From Heteronotia binoei (Eukaryota): a stretch of 64,000 bases of DNA. Made by a program: the position numbers and the translations under genes. Shown in pieces: positions 1-13,361 of the stretch; position 1 is the stretch's first letter; each line of letters starts with the position of its first letter. The notes beneath the pieces were generated by a model. The model was not told the origin of the DNA, did not search any database, and saw only the letters and a program-made list of their open reading frames with translations. The DNA is taken from the NCBI RefSeq assembly GCF_032191835.1, contig NC_083237.1:12772001-12836000 (forward strand), in the 5' to 3' direction.

Positions 1-474
1 GTCAGCCTGGAGAAGCTGCTAGCCAGCGGCACTACTAGGCAGGCAGCGACTTAATCCACAAGTTGGCAGCCTTGTAGGACTAGAATCCTCTTCCAGGTTT
101 AAATGGAACGCTTTTCCTGCTGCTTCCCGAAAGTAAGGGGTTAACCTGGTTTAGGGAGTTGTGTTCAGCAAGGTGTTTCCGGGTGAGACCGGTCATCGGT
201 CATTTGCTTGAGTGTCTCTGTTTTTGCCCAGGCCACAAAGGCCTGTGTCGAGCCCAGGCCACAAAGGCTAAAGCTTCCCCTAGCCCTGCTTCCCTGCAGT
301 TGATATTCTGAGCCAGTTGACCTGGACTCGGAGGCCCCATGTTGCTGCTGTGGCTGATTCTTCCCTGAATGTGCCCTGTCCCCGTTGGGAGACCCATCTC
401 TGCTAGTCGACCAGCCCTTGATCTGACTATCTTAAGCGGGTGAAACTCCTTTTTTGAGTGCCTTGCCCTGGGAA

Positions 475-666
475 CAGTGTTCCCTTTAAGCTGTGGAGTC
501 TTGTGAGCAGAAATTCTACCTTGAGCTACTGGCAATAAAGTTGTGAGCTCCTGCATAAATTAGTTTGCTCTGGGGCCGTTTTTCCTGAGCTGAGACAAAA
601 ATGTGTGAGCCAGAGGCTAAAAACCTGTGAGCGAGCTCATGCTGACCCAGCTTAGAGGGAACACTG
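475..666 (+). mobile_element. hAT-type MITE family A
   Basis: 19-bp TIR CAGTGTTCCCT(T/C)TAAGCTG; degraded 8-bp TSD cctgggaa/cttgtgaa. Confidence 0.8.
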
Positions 667-1269
667 CTTGTGAACTGCTTCCCTTATGCTCTCCTTCCTC
701 TCCGCCGGACCCCACTTGTTCCAATTTAGCGGAAGTGGTTAAGTGTGTGGTCTCTTATCTGGGGGAACTGGGTTTGATTCCCAGCTCCTCTACTTGCAGC
801 TACTGGAATGGCCTTGGGTCAGCCGAGGCTCTCGTAGGAGTTGTCCTTGAAAGGGCAGCTGCTGTAAGAACAAAGAAAAAGCTCCGTGTAAAAACAATTC
901 TGACTTGTTGTGAATAATAAATGTCAAAAATGCAGAAAGAGTATCAACAGTACGCAGCATCTCTGTCATGTGCCAAGTTCAAACCTCATAAGTTCCGCAG
1001 TGCTCCTCCTGTCCTTATGTGGTTCAGAACCACTCTATTACATTCAGTGCAGTGTTTGATAAAACGGTCCAACGGAGAACTGGTCTGCTTTGCAAGCAGT
1101 TTCAGATCTCAAATCCTTCTTCTTGTGCCCAGTCTTGTATATTGTGTGCAGTATTCTAGGGCCAGTAGTGCCAAAAATTATTCAGTCATCAGCCACGTCA
1201 GTCCAAAATTCCTAGCTTTTGCTAATTTTCACGCTGAATAGCGGGAATGCCATAGTTAATACATTCTTT

Positions 1270-2010
1270 TTTTTTTAAACACAATTTTTTTTATTGATTA
1301 CATATGGTAACCATATCCATTAATACTTTCTTTTTATCTATCCCATATGCTATTTTCTAGTCCCCCCTCCCACCGTTACTTGACTCCCGCCGAAGTTATA
1401 TACTTAAAATACTAACATTTAAAGGTACCCTTAAACCATAAGAACCTATATTCATATTCTACTTTTTTCTAGCATTATATAATTATCAAAAAATTGTCCA
1501 ATATCCTTTTATATTCCATTCTTCTACATAACATCTAAACTTTTTCCACTCCTTTTCATACACTTCCGAATCATAGTCTCTTAAGATTCTTGTTAGTTTG
1601 CCCATCTCACTCCATGTTACAACTTTTACAATCCAATTCCATTTTTCTGGTATTTTTTCTTGCTTTCATAACTGCGCATACAATGTCCTAGCCGCTGAAA
1701 GCAAGTACCAGATCAAAGTTCTATCTTTTTTTGGAAATTTTTCCATTTGTAATCCCAATAAAAAAGTCTCTGCTTCTTTCTTGAATTCATATCCCAAGAT
1801 CTTTGAAATTTCTTGTTGAATCATCTGCCAATACTTTTTCGCTCTTTCACAAGACCACCACATATGGTAAAAAGAGCCTTCATGTCTTCTACATTTCCAA
1901 CATCTGTCTGGCATCTTTTTATTGATCTTTGCCAATTTTTTAGGAGTCATATACCACCTATACATCATCTTAAAACAATTTTCTTTTATACTCTGACATG
2001 TTGATAATTA
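1270..2010 (-). mobile_element. 5'-truncated L1/Tx1-type LINE (ORF2 C-terminal Cys/His region and 3' end)
   Basis: Minus ORF 1666-1968 contains RCWKCRRHEGSFYHMWWSC; T-run tail near 1266-1290; 18-bp TSD atagttaatacattcttt at 1252-1269 and 2011-2028. Confidence 0.85.
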
Positions 2011-2067
2011 ATAGTTAATACATTCTTTGTCAGCAAAAAGCTCTCTCAGCCCCACCTACCTCACAGG

Positions 2068-2264
2068 CAATGTTCCCTCTAAGCTGCAGAGTCTTGCAGG
2101 GCAGAAATTCTCCTTTGTGAGCTACTGGCATGAAAGCTGTGAGCTACTGCAAAAAGTATTGTGCTTTGGGGGTCACCTTTCCTGAGCTAAGACAAAAATG
2201 TGCGAGATGGAGGCGAAAAAATCTGTAAGCTAGCTCACGCTAACTCAGCTTAGAGGGAACACTG
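2068..2264 (+). mobile_element. hAT-type MITE family A inserted in a SINE
   Basis: Same TIRs; perfect 8-bp TSD CTCACAGG (2060-2067 and 2265-2272); host SINE spans about 2040-2365. Confidence 0.9.
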
Positions 2265-2326
2265 CTCACAGGGTGTCTGTTTTGGGGGTGGGGGGGGAAG
2301 GTAAAGGAGATTGTGAGCCGCTCTGA

Positions 2327-2728
<402 letters not shown>

Positions 2729-2969
2729 GAGCCCAGCACACCACGCCGCTCCTCCCCCCACCTCCACCCGGCCAACACAACGTTCTTCTGATATTGAGCC
2801 TCCGGCCAGCCCCTTGCTGGCGGCCTCCTCACTGCCCCCCGCCCCTCCCACCGACCCCCTCGGCCCTGTGTGTTCATGATGTTGTGTCTTCTGTTGCATA
2901 CTCTCTCCCCCCCCCCCCACCCGCTCCCCGAAATCTCCCCGGTAGTTCTGTTCAATCCCATGTAATTCT

Positions 2970-3035
2970 CCTCTTTTAATTTTGATACCTCTTTATTGAC
3001 TTAACAATTAAAAAAAAGGACGTATTGTTTTTAGA
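2970..3035 (+). promoter_or_regulatory. HNRNPC 3' UTR conserved block with ATTAAA poly(A) signal (3007-3012)
   Basis: TTTTAATTTTGATACCTCTTTATTGACTTAACAATTAAAA closely resembles the mammalian HNRNPC 3' UTR end as recalled; T-rich sequence follows. Confidence 0.65.
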
Positions 3036-3112
3036 TGACTTCTCTGTCGTGTGTTTGCAACGGGAGGGGCCGTCTTTCAACCAGGACGGGACCCAAAATA
3101 GGTCCGCACGAG

Positions 3113-3640
3113 GGAGGAAAGGTTGAAACGCTTGGGGCTCTTTAGCTTGGAGAAACACCGACTGAGGGGGTGATATGATCGAGGTTGACACGATTGTGCA
3201 TGGGATAGAGAGAAGGACTTCTCTCCCTTTCTCACAATACAAGAACTCGTGGGCACTCAATGAAATTGCTGAGCAGTCGGGTTAGAATGGATAAAAGGAA
3301 GTCCTTCTCCACCCAAAGGGTGATTAACACATGGAACTCACTGCTACAGGAGGTGGTGGCAGCTAGAAGCATTGCCAGCTTCAAGGGGGGATTGGATAAA
3401 CATTTGGAGCAGAGGTCCATCAGTGGCTATTCACCTCAGCATATTATTGGAACTCTCTGGGTCAAGTGATGCTCTGTATTCTTGTGCTGGGGGCGGGGAG
3501 ACACACAGTGGGAGGGCTTCTTATATTCTAGCCCCACTGATGGACCTCCTGATGGCACTTGGGTTTTTTGCGCACTGTGTGATAGAGTGTTGGGCTGGAT
3601 TGGCCATTGGCCTGATCCAGCATGGCTTCTCTTATGTGTA
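3113..3640 (+). mobile_element. CR1-type LINE 3' fragment
   Basis: Homologous to the 3' part of the CR1 copy at 14525-15790; ends in the family tail ggcctgatccagcatggcttctcttatg. Confidence 0.8.
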
Positions 3641-4324
3641 CATGACCAGGGGTGACTTAACGGTTCTCAGATTCCATGTCCCCTTTAGTTGCATTTGCTG
3701 ATCTCTAGCTCCGTGACTTCTGCAGCCAGAGGTCAGGTGAAGTTCAGCGGCCAGGTTTCAGGGTGGGAGACCGTTTCTTACAAAGTAGGTGGGCTTGCTG
3801 ACCAAAACAGCTGCTTGATGCATTGGCAGGATTTGATTTGCTGCTGACAGAAGTCAGAATGGGAAAGAGCTACAGAACCCTGTTGTGCTTCCCATGGGGA
3901 AATGGCATGGGGGGGGATTTCAGAAAGTCAGCATCTGTTTGCTCTTAAATCCACTGCGGTTAAAGTCCAGAACTGGTGGGTTTCCACTCCAGGCAGCTTG
4001 GCCGGTGTTCCAGATGGAGCGCAAAGCCTTTTGGGGTGCGAGTGAATCACGGCGACCTCATGAAGTTCCACCTCCTAGTGTTTCAAAATGGGAGTTGAAC
4101 GCCCAGGGGGATGTGCAGTTCAGCATTCTTCTCCCGTGGGTTAATGCTGGGAGATGTTGGAGGCAACCGGAAGAGGAAGACACAACCTGAGATGGACTGA
4201 CCCAGCCAAGGAAGCCACGACCTTCCATTGCCAAGCCCTGAGCCGAGCTGTGAATGGGGCATTTTGGAGAACATTCATTCATAGACTTTCCGTAAGTCAC
4301 AAGTGACACGATTGCGCTTTAATA

Positions 4325-4602
4325 GAGAGCCAGTTTGGCGCAGCGGTTAAGTGCGTGGACTCTTATCTGGGAGAACCAGGTTTGAATCTCCCACTCCTCC
4401 ACTTCCACCTGCTGGAACGGCCTTGGGTCAGTCATAGCTCTGGCACAGGTTGTCTGTGGAAGGCAGCTTCTGTCAGAGCTCTCTCAGCCCCACCTACCTC
4501 ACAGGGTGTCTGTTGTGGTGAAGGGGGAGAAGATAGAGGAGATTGTAAGCCGCTCTGAGTCTGGTTCAGAGAGAAGTGCAGGGTATAAATCTGCAGTCTT
4601 CT
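4325..4602 (+). mobile_element. tRNA-derived SINE family B (MIR/CORE-like body)
   Basis: Head gagagccagtttggcgcagcggttaag with box A/B-like motifs, body cacctcacagggtgtctgttgtgg, TC-rich tail; about 10 copies in the window. Confidence 0.8.
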
Positions 4603-5146
4603 AATACACATGGGAGTTTATGGGATGGATATGGTGCAATAGTGGGAAGGAGGGGAATTTATCTTCAGCAAACGACTAAAGCATAGGTGAGCAACACATT
4701 CTTTATTCAAACAAGGTGCCAACCAGCTACTCCCAATTTGGAGGGGTGACTTCTAGGCTAGAGATATAAATGTGGGAGGGGAAGGGATTGGGACAGAGCA
4801 AGGGGTCTGTTGGGGCGGAGGTGTGTGGTTGTCCAGAGGGGAAACCTAAATAGGAGAGAGAAGCAAAGTGCCAGCTCTTGCCAAGGCTGTGGTTTGGGAA
4901 ATAGAGGAGATGGTTCAAGACAGGTCGCAAAGATCTCTCTTTCCTGGTCTCCCTAGGTGAAAGATCCTGGTTTCCCATTCCTTGCCCAAACACACAAGCC
5001 AAGTCCCCATGTCAGTCTGAACCCATGTTCACATTCGTGAGGGTGTTTTGTCAGGCTGCAGGCAACCTACTTCAGACATCTGTCTACTAGTGACCAGCCA
5101 GCTGGCTCTAGCAAATGGACAAGCGGGGACATGGAGGCAGGAGTCC

Positions 5147-5560
5147 TGAGAGCCAGTTTGGTGTAGGGCAGGGGTGGCCAACGGTAGCTCTCCAGATGGT
5201 TTTTTCCCCCCTACAACTCCCATCAGCCCCAGCCAGCATAGCCAATGGCCGATGGAACCTGTAGGCAAAAAATATCTGGAGAGCTACCGTTGGCCACCCC
5301 TGGTAGTGGTTAAGTGTGTGGACTCTATCTGGGAGAACCGGATTCCCCACTCCTCCACTTGCAGCTGCTGGAATGGCCTTGGGTCAGCCATAGCTCTGGC
5401 AGAGGTTGTCCTTGAAAGGGCAGCTGCTGTGAGAGCCCTCTCCAGCCCCACCCACCTCACAGGGTGTCTGTTGTGGGGGAGGAAGGAAAAGGAGATTGTG
5501 AGCCGCTCTGAGACTCTTCGGAGTGGAGGGCGGGATATAAATCCAATATCTTCTTCTTCT
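5147..5560 (+). mobile_element. SINE family B interrupted by a palindromic hAT MITE (5169-5302)
   Basis: SINE head split at gtgtag by the element caggggtggccaacggtagctctccagat...atctggagagctaccgttggccacccctg. Confidence 0.8.
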
Positions 5561-5674
5561 AAGTGGCATCTGGAGACCTCCTGCTATTACAACTTATCTC
5601 CAGGTGACCATGATTGGTTCTCCTGGAGAAAATGGATGCTGGGGGGGGAGGGCTCTATGGCATTATACCCTACT

Positions 5675-5950
5675 GAGAGCCAGTTTGGAGTAGCGGTTAA
5701 GCGTGCAGACTCTTATCTGGGAGAACCGGGTTTGATTCCCCACTCCTCCACTTGCACCTGCTGGAATGGCCTTGGGTCAGCCACAGCTCTGGCAGAGGTT
5801 GTTCTTGAAAGGGCAGCTGCTGTGAGAGCCCTCTCAGCCCCACCCGCCTCACAGGGTGTCTTGTGGGGGAAGAAGAGAAAGGAGATTGTGAGCCGCTCTG
5901 AGATTCGAAGTGGAGGGTGGGATATAAATCCAATCTCATCTTCATCTTCT
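5675..5950 (+). mobile_element. SINE family B, full length
   Basis: Colinear with other family B copies from head to tail. Confidence 0.8.
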
Positions 5951-6067
5951 TGTCACAGAGTGTCTCCAGGATGGTGTGTAGTGGACATGTGTGTAGGGAC
6001 ATGGCTGATTTTGGTCGTGGCTTTGTAAGAGCTGATCGAATACAACAGCCTGGTCCTGACATGGATG

Positions 6068-6265
6068 CAATGCTCCTTCTAAACTGTGGAGTCTTGTGAA
6101 CAGAAATCCTACTGCGTAAGCTACTGGCATTAAAGTTGCAAGCTACTGCGGAAATTAATTTTGCTCCGGGGCTATACTTCCTGAGCTATGACAAAAAATG
6201 TGTGAGTCGGAGGCTAAAAAAAACTGTGAGCTAGCTCACGCTAATTCACCATAAAGGGAACACTG
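6068..6265 (+). mobile_element. hAT-type MITE family A (degraded)
   Basis: Degenerate TIRs caatgctccttctaaactg / aaagggaacactg; internal TGTGAGCT motifs. Confidence 0.7.
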
Positions 6266-6482
6266 CTTGTATGGCCCCAGCTAGCCTGCTCTTGTCAGCT
6301 GTGTAAATTAAAAAAATGCTAAGAGACACCATAATTTTAAACAACAAAACTAAAGTAAAGGTCAGTGGTGTTCTGAAAAAGCTTGCACATAGAACTCCAA
6401 ATAGAAAAGAGCATGGCGCAAAAAAAAAAAAACGTTGATAGAAGACAGTTCAAAAGTAGTCTTTCCAATCACAAAGGAGTAA

Positions 6483-7147
6483 AGAAGAAGATATTGGGTT
6501 TATATCCCGCCCTCCACTCCGAAGAGTCTCAGACCGGCTCACAATCTCTTTTACCTTCCTCCCCCACAACAGACACCCTGTGAGGTAGATGAAGATATTG
6601 GATTTATATCCCGCCCTCCACTCCAGAGAGTCTCAGAGCAGCTCAAAATCTCCTTTACCTACCTCCCCCACAACAGACACCCTGTGAGGTAGAGAAGATA
6701 TTGGATTTATATCCCGCCCTCCACTCCAGAGAGTCTCAGAGCAAGTCACAATCTCCTTTACCTTCCTCCCCCACAACAGACACCCTGTAAGGTAGATGAA
6801 GATACTGGCTTTATATCCCGCCCTCCACTCCGAAGAGTCTCAGAGCGGCTCACAATCTCCTTTACCTTCCTCCCCCACAACAAACACCCTGTGAGGTAGA
6901 TGAAGATATTGGATTTATATCCCGCCCTCCACTCCAAAGAGTCTCAGAGCGGCTCACAATCTCCTTTCTCTTCCTCCCCCACAACAGACACCCTGTGAGG
7001 TGGGTGGGGCTGGAGAGGGCTCTCACAGCAACTGCCCTTTCAAGGACAACCTCTGCCAGAGCTATGGCTGACCCAAGGCCATTCCAGCAGGTGCAGGTGG
7101 AGGAGTGGGGAATCAAACCCAGTTCTCCCAGATAAGAGTCCACACAC
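6483..7147 (-). mobile_element. SINE family B with its 104-bp 3' module in five tandem copies
   Basis: Unit marker ata(t/c)tg at 6491, 6595, 6698, 6802 and 6906; head aaccactacaccaaactgg at about 7130-7148. Confidence 0.85.
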
Positions 7148-7611
7148 TTAACCACTACACCAAACTGGATCTCAAGAAGGAGAAGGAAGGAAGAAGAAGA
7201 AATAATATTGGATTTGTATCCCACCCTTCACTCTGAATCTTAGAGTCTCAGAGCAGTCACAGTCTCCTTTACCTTCCACACACAACCTTTACCCCACACA
7301 CGCATCAGACACAACTCCTACCAGAGCTTTGGCTGACCCAAGGCCATTCCGGCAGGTGCAAGTGGAGAATCAAACCCGGTTCTTCCAGATAAAAGTCCGC
7401 ACCCTTAACAACTACACCAAACTGGCTCTCCATTCCAGTATTTAGTTTACGGAACTAAAAGAAGCCCTTCCAAAGATGTATGTTTTAGATATCAAGACGT
7501 TTCCTCCGTCTTTCTTCAGTTTGGAGGCTTATTTATCGCTGGAACCTAATCTTTGCAATACGTTCACAGGAGACCAACAAGGTTCAGAACACGCCTGTAA
7601 GATTTCCAGGT

Positions 7612-7722
7612 TCTGATCTTGTCAGCTGAGCAGGGTCGGCCCGGGTTAGTAGTCGGATGGGAGACCCCAAGGATGTCCAGGGCTGCTACACAGAGGCAGG
7701 CAACGGCAAACCACCCCTGAGC
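7612..7722 (+). mobile_element. 5S rRNA-derived SINE (5S-Sauria-like)
   Basis: gatcttgtcagctgagcagggtcggcccgggttagtagtcggatgggagacc resembles the 5S internal control region, then Sauria-type ggcaacggcaaaccacc; related copies near 11270, 14050 and 45555-45690. Confidence 0.65.
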
Positions 7723-7894
7723 ATCTTCCTTTTAAAAAAAAAAAACCTATGGCAAGGGCGGCCAAACTTGTTGAATAGAAGAGCCACATAGAATAAATGC
7801 CAGAGGTTTGAGAGCCACAAGAAATTAACGTCCTTTGCCTGGGCCGGGGCAGTCTGGGTAGCGAAATCCCCCTTCCAGCAATTGACGATGTGCC

Positions 7895-8710
7895 ACTGAA
7901 AGCTTGTGGATGCTGCTAGAGCCTGCCTTAACAATGGAGGTCCAGATAGCAGCCACTGCTAAATCCGCTTTTTCCCATCTTAGGCGGGTGAGGCAGTTGG
8001 TCCCCTTCCTGGAGCGTGACGACCTGGCAACAGTGATCCATGCAACGGTCACCTCGAGGTTGGATTACTGTAACGCCCTCTACATGGGGCTGCCCCTGTG
8101 CCGAACCCGGAAAGTGCAGCTGGTGCAGAACACAGCGGCCAGGTTGTTATTGGGGCTCCCTAAGTGGGAGCGCATACAGCCGGGGCTGAGGGAACTGCAC
8201 TGGCTGCCAATAGCATACTGGATTCGTTACAAGGTGCTGGTTATTACCTTTCAAGCCCTATATGGCTGAGGACCTGCCTATCTTAGAGACCGTCTCTTCC
8301 CATAATCTCCCCAGAGGGTGCTTCAATCCGGTTCTCAACATCTATTGGTAATCCCCGGGCTGAAGTAGGCCAAATTGAAGGTCACCAGGGAAAGGGCCTT
8401 TTCAATCACTTCCCCCCACTGGTGGAATCAACTCCCAGGGGAAATACGGGCCTTGCGGAACCTTGGTCAGTTCCGCAGGGCCTGCAAAACAATCCCGTAA
8501 AATCGAACAAGGTAATATCTAGGTCTGAGCACCAAATTATATACTGTTTTAATTTTAAAACGTATAATTACTTCATAGAATGTATTATTTTATAATACGT
8601 AGTTTTAACTCTGAGGTTTTATGCTGGGAGCCGCCCTGAGCCTGCTTCGGTGGGGAGGGGGGGGATACAAATCAAATCAAATAATAAATAAAATAAAATA
8701 AATAAAAAAC
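7895..8710 (+). mobile_element. L2-clade LINE 3' fragment
   Basis: ORF 7904-8269 contains VTSRLDYCNALYMGLP...QLVQNTAARLL...LHWLP, typical L2 ORF2 C-terminus; AAAT-rich tail near 8670-8710. Confidence 0.85.
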
Positions 8711-8796
8711 AAGGAACCCACAGTCTACCGTCCTGGCAAGGGTAGAAAGCGTCCTCCAGTTGCAGCCCCATAAAGTTTTCAAGCCAAGGGATGTTG

Positions 8797-8960
8797 GGGG
8801 AGGGACAGTGGAGCATCTGCTTGGTAAGCAGAAGGTCCCAGGTTCAATGCCGGCATCTCCAACTAAAAAGGGTCCAGGCAAGTAGGTGTGAAAAACCTCA
8901 GCTTGAGACCCTGGAGAGCCACTGCCAGTCTGAGTAGACAATACTGACTTGGATGGACGC
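8797..8960 (+). mobile_element. tRNA-derived SINE family C
   Basis: gagcatctgcttggtaagcagaaggtcccaggttcaat head followed by non-tRNA body; copies at 24103-24300 (+) and 45275-45482 (-). Confidence 0.75.
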
Positions 8961-9326
8961 AGGGTCTCTCTTCCAAAACAGACCAGGGCCAAACACTGCT
9001 TCGCTTCTGAGCCAGGCTTAGCCTGGTTGGGCCATCAAGGTCGGAGCACCCCATCATCCCAGCAATGGGCGAAGGGGGTCAGGTGGGTGGGGGGGTGTAC
9101 ACCCACTACAGAAGAAAAGGCTCCTCACCTGAATGCAGCCCCCCAAGACTGTACTCGACAGGGAGAAAGCAACTTGTTTGGCTTTAACTTGAATTTCTAC
9201 TTGTGCCATCAACCTAAATTGATCTCAAGCATAGTTCGTATGGTAGTTAGGAAGTGCTCCCTTTCACTCTCCGCTTCTTTGGGCAAGAATTACATTGGAT
9301 GGAGCTTTGCTTACTTTTGTAGCCGG

Positions 9327-9510
9327 CCAGGCTCTTTTTGTAGCAGGAACTCCTTTGCCTATTAGGCTACACACCCCTAATGTAGCTACCCAATCCTCTA
9401 AGAGCTTACAGGGCTCTTAGTACAGGGCCTACTGTAAGCTCAAGGAGGCGTGGTTACATGAGGGGCGTGTGGCCTAATATGCAAAGGAGTTCCTGCTGCA
9501 AAAAAGCTGT
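9327..9510. mobile_element. Palindromic MITE
   Basis: Long TIR tttttgtagcaggaactcctttgc / gcaaaggagttcctgctgcaaaaaa. Confidence 0.7.
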
Positions 9511-10389
9511 GTGAATAATAGACTCCATGAGTAGCTATCTTGATCGGTGGCAGAAGCCGGATTCAGGAACAGAAGCACCTTGGGACAAGCAAAATGGTGG
9601 GGCACTAGCTTTCAAAACTCTTGCTCATATGTTGAGAATTTCGACATTCAAAAGTTCATACCGGGAAAATCTGTGACTAATGGTCTTGGAAGGGAGCGCT
9701 GTAACTTGAATCCAACAGTAGTTCAAAGCCACTCGCCTCTTTACACAAAATGCTCGTAAGATCAGCTGGTGAGAATCGGCTTCCCGTTTCTTTTTCTAAA
9801 TGTAACGCTTTGCCTGAGTTCTGAGTGCCCTGAAAGCTTTCACAATTATTTATGTCGCTGGCCCTAATAAAAAAAGAATTACATGCCCGCCCGCCCGCCC
9901 CCCCCCCCCCAAACCCTCGTGTGCTCATTTACTGGTAAATTCTATTGGAAAACTACAGGGGACATTTTTTAACAGACCACAGGCATGAAGTGCGGAATAA
10001 TATCCCGTACACAGTAAACCAAAAGAGCCCACCCCTAAGCACCAGTAAGCCTCTGTCGACTGCAATGCCCCCCCCCTCCCTTTTGGCTATGGGTTCCCAG
10101 AGTGGAGTACTCAAGCAGGCATCCGTTCTCAGGTTCATAAAGCAGAGACAAGCTGGCTCACATCAGATTTATTTGCAAGGAGACAACTCTTAACAGCAAC
10201 TTCAGCTAACATGCAAATACCGGAAACTTTAAACTAGCGCTCCACCTAAAAGTCTTTATCAAGTCAAACATTTATTACAGGATGAGCATACCGTTCCAAA
10301 TTCACATATACAATAAATACACCACATCGATGCCTGTAACCAGCATTAAACTTTGCTGTTCTTCAAGTTGCCACTGGATTCAGACCCAA

Positions 10390-10600
10390 ACGGCTACCTT
10401 CCGGAGTCCCTCATTTTGCGGCGGAAAGGATGTAGTCTCCGAATGCTCATTGGCTGATTCGAAAAACAAGCTCCTGTAAGTGATTGGACAATACTCATTT
10501 CGCCCGCCAAAGTTCTCTGACGTTAGAGGAGGCGTGGTCCTTCTCTAGTTTTCCGTCTGGTCCGACTCTCTCATATTTAAACGGAACTCTCCGGCGCAAG
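10390..10600 (+). promoter_or_regulatory. H4 promoter: E2F-like sites, H4 site II (GGTCCG), TATA-like
   Basis: atttcgcccgccaaa 10497-10511; tctggtccga about 10556-10565; catatttaa 10572-10580; ATTGG boxes near 10449 and 10483. Confidence 0.7.
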
Positions 10601-10623
10601 CTTGCAGTTACTTATTTTGGTAG

Positions 10624-10944
<321 letters not shown>

Positions 10945-10984
10945 GAGGCGCTTCCGAATCCTGCGCTTTTCCAACAACACCAAA

Positions 10985-11000
10985 GGTCCTTTTCAGGACC
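10985..11000 (+). promoter_or_regulatory. Histone 3' stem-loop (H4 copy 1)
   Basis: CCAAA GGTCCTTTTCAGGACC ACCCA; purine-rich HDE-like AAAAAGTTG downstream. Confidence 0.95.
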
Positions 11001-12332
11001 ACCCACCTTTTCACTAAAAAGTTGCTTTCACTCGGAAAAGGTTGGCCAAACTGGCTCTTTTAACACACTGGCTCTCGAAGCCCTGTCGACCAACTTGGAA
11101 AAAGTATTTAAAAGTTACTTTCCTTCCTATCATGTCTTGTGGCTCTCAAATATCGGACATTCCACGTGGCCACCCGTTTTCGTAAAACGTTTGAGCAATT
11201 TGTTTATCAGGACACTTGGTAGTTGCTTTGCCGTGCCCAGGCTAGTCCGTTCTCGACTGCGAAGCGGGGTTTAAACTTGGATGGGTCGCTATGTACAAAG
11301 GTAGGAAACGACAAACCGCCTCTGAACGTCTCTTGCCTTGAAAATCCTATGATGCTCCCGTACGTCGACTGTCATTTAGTAAAACTTTCCACCATAGCCG
11401 TTTTGCTTGCTTTTCAATGAGTCCAAGGTTAAAGGAGCATAGTACGGTAATATTGGATTCAAAGGCTTCCCAATGGGTTTTGTGATTTTAGCTCCCATCT
11501 GCCGAAACGTTCCAGGTGGGTTTGACCTATTTTAAAGACCTTCAAACAGCGAATGCCACTTTAACAGCACAGCCTATCATGCAGCCTTAATCCAATTTTA
11601 GCTATATATATATCGCTCAATTCCATCTGTGTCTTGACTCTATCCCGTTCTGGCAAACTCCCTCTTGACCTCTATGTAATGGTTGGTAACTTGTTTCAGA
11701 GTATCTCAAGAACGGATGAAAGGAAGTACCGTACTTCTTCACCCAAAGGGTGATTCAACATGTGGAATTCACTGCCACGGGAGGTGGCGGCGGCTACAAG
11801 CATAGCCAGCTTCAAGAGGGGATTGGATAAAAATATGNNNNNNNNNNNNNNNNNNNNNNNNNNNNNNNNNNNNNNNNNNNNNNNNNNNNNNNNNNNNNNN
11901 NNNNNNNNNNNNNNNNNNNNNNNNNNNNNNNNNNNNNNNNNNNNNNNNNNNNNNNNNNNNNNNNNNNNNNNNNNNNNNNNNNNNNNNNNNNNNNNNNNNN
12001 NNNNNNNNNNNNNNNNNNNNNNNNNNNNNNNNNNNNNNNAGTGTTGGACCGGATGGGCTATTGGCCTGATCCAACATGACTTCTCTTATGTTCTAAGAAG
12101 TGCGGGCGCACACGAAAATTTATACGCAGAATAAAAGTTCGTTGGTTTTAAAGGTGCAACTGAATTTACGCTTAACTCAGCCTTTTTCAACAATGGAAGG
12201 CTTTACCTGCTTTTTCTTTCTTCTTTCCACTTTAATCTCTCGCTTCAGTTTGGAACAGAATGCAACAACTGACTGCACTAACGCGGGAACACTACCAAGG
12301 AATAAAGTATACGGGAGGAATAAAATTGAAAC

Positions 12333-12405
12333 TGCCGAAACCCGGGATCGAACCAGGGACCTTTAGATCTTCAGTCTAACGCTCTCCCAACTGAGCTATT
12401 TCGGC
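12333..12405 (-). tRNA. tRNA-Phe(GAA)
   Basis: Reverse complement GCCGAAATAGCTCAGTTGGGAGAGCGTTAGACTGAAGATCTAAAGGTCCCTGGTTCGATCCCGGGTTTCGGCA. Confidence 0.97.
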
Positions 12406-12519
12406 TTCTTGGTTACATTTTTTTCTAGTGCTCGTAGAGAACTTGTCCTGTGTTGTTACACTTCAGAACCAAAGAAATAATTTTAAAAGAACAGCAAACC
12501 CATACGGAATACTTCCTTT

Positions 12520-13306
<787 letters not shown>

Positions 13307-13345
13307 AAAGGGGGAAGGGATCCAAAGCCCTCTTCGAAACCCAAA

Positions 13346-13361
13346 GGCTCTTTTAAGAGCT
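13346..13361 (+). promoter_or_regulatory. Histone 3' stem-loop (H2B copy 1; basal G-U pair)
   Basis: CCAAA GGCTCTTTTAAGAGCT ACCCA; HDE-like AAAAGAGCT near 13377. Confidence 0.9.

Noticed and set aside
5174-6028. 284-aa ORF
   Set aside because: Read-through of a MITE and two SINE copies.
7612-7680. 5S rRNA gene
   Set aside because: Partial and diverged, fused to a Sauria-type body; SINE-derived.
8797-8880. tRNA-like sequence (also 22070-22130, 24103-24160, 45420-45480)
   Set aside because: SINE heads: no closed acceptor stem, and they continue into shared SINE bodies.
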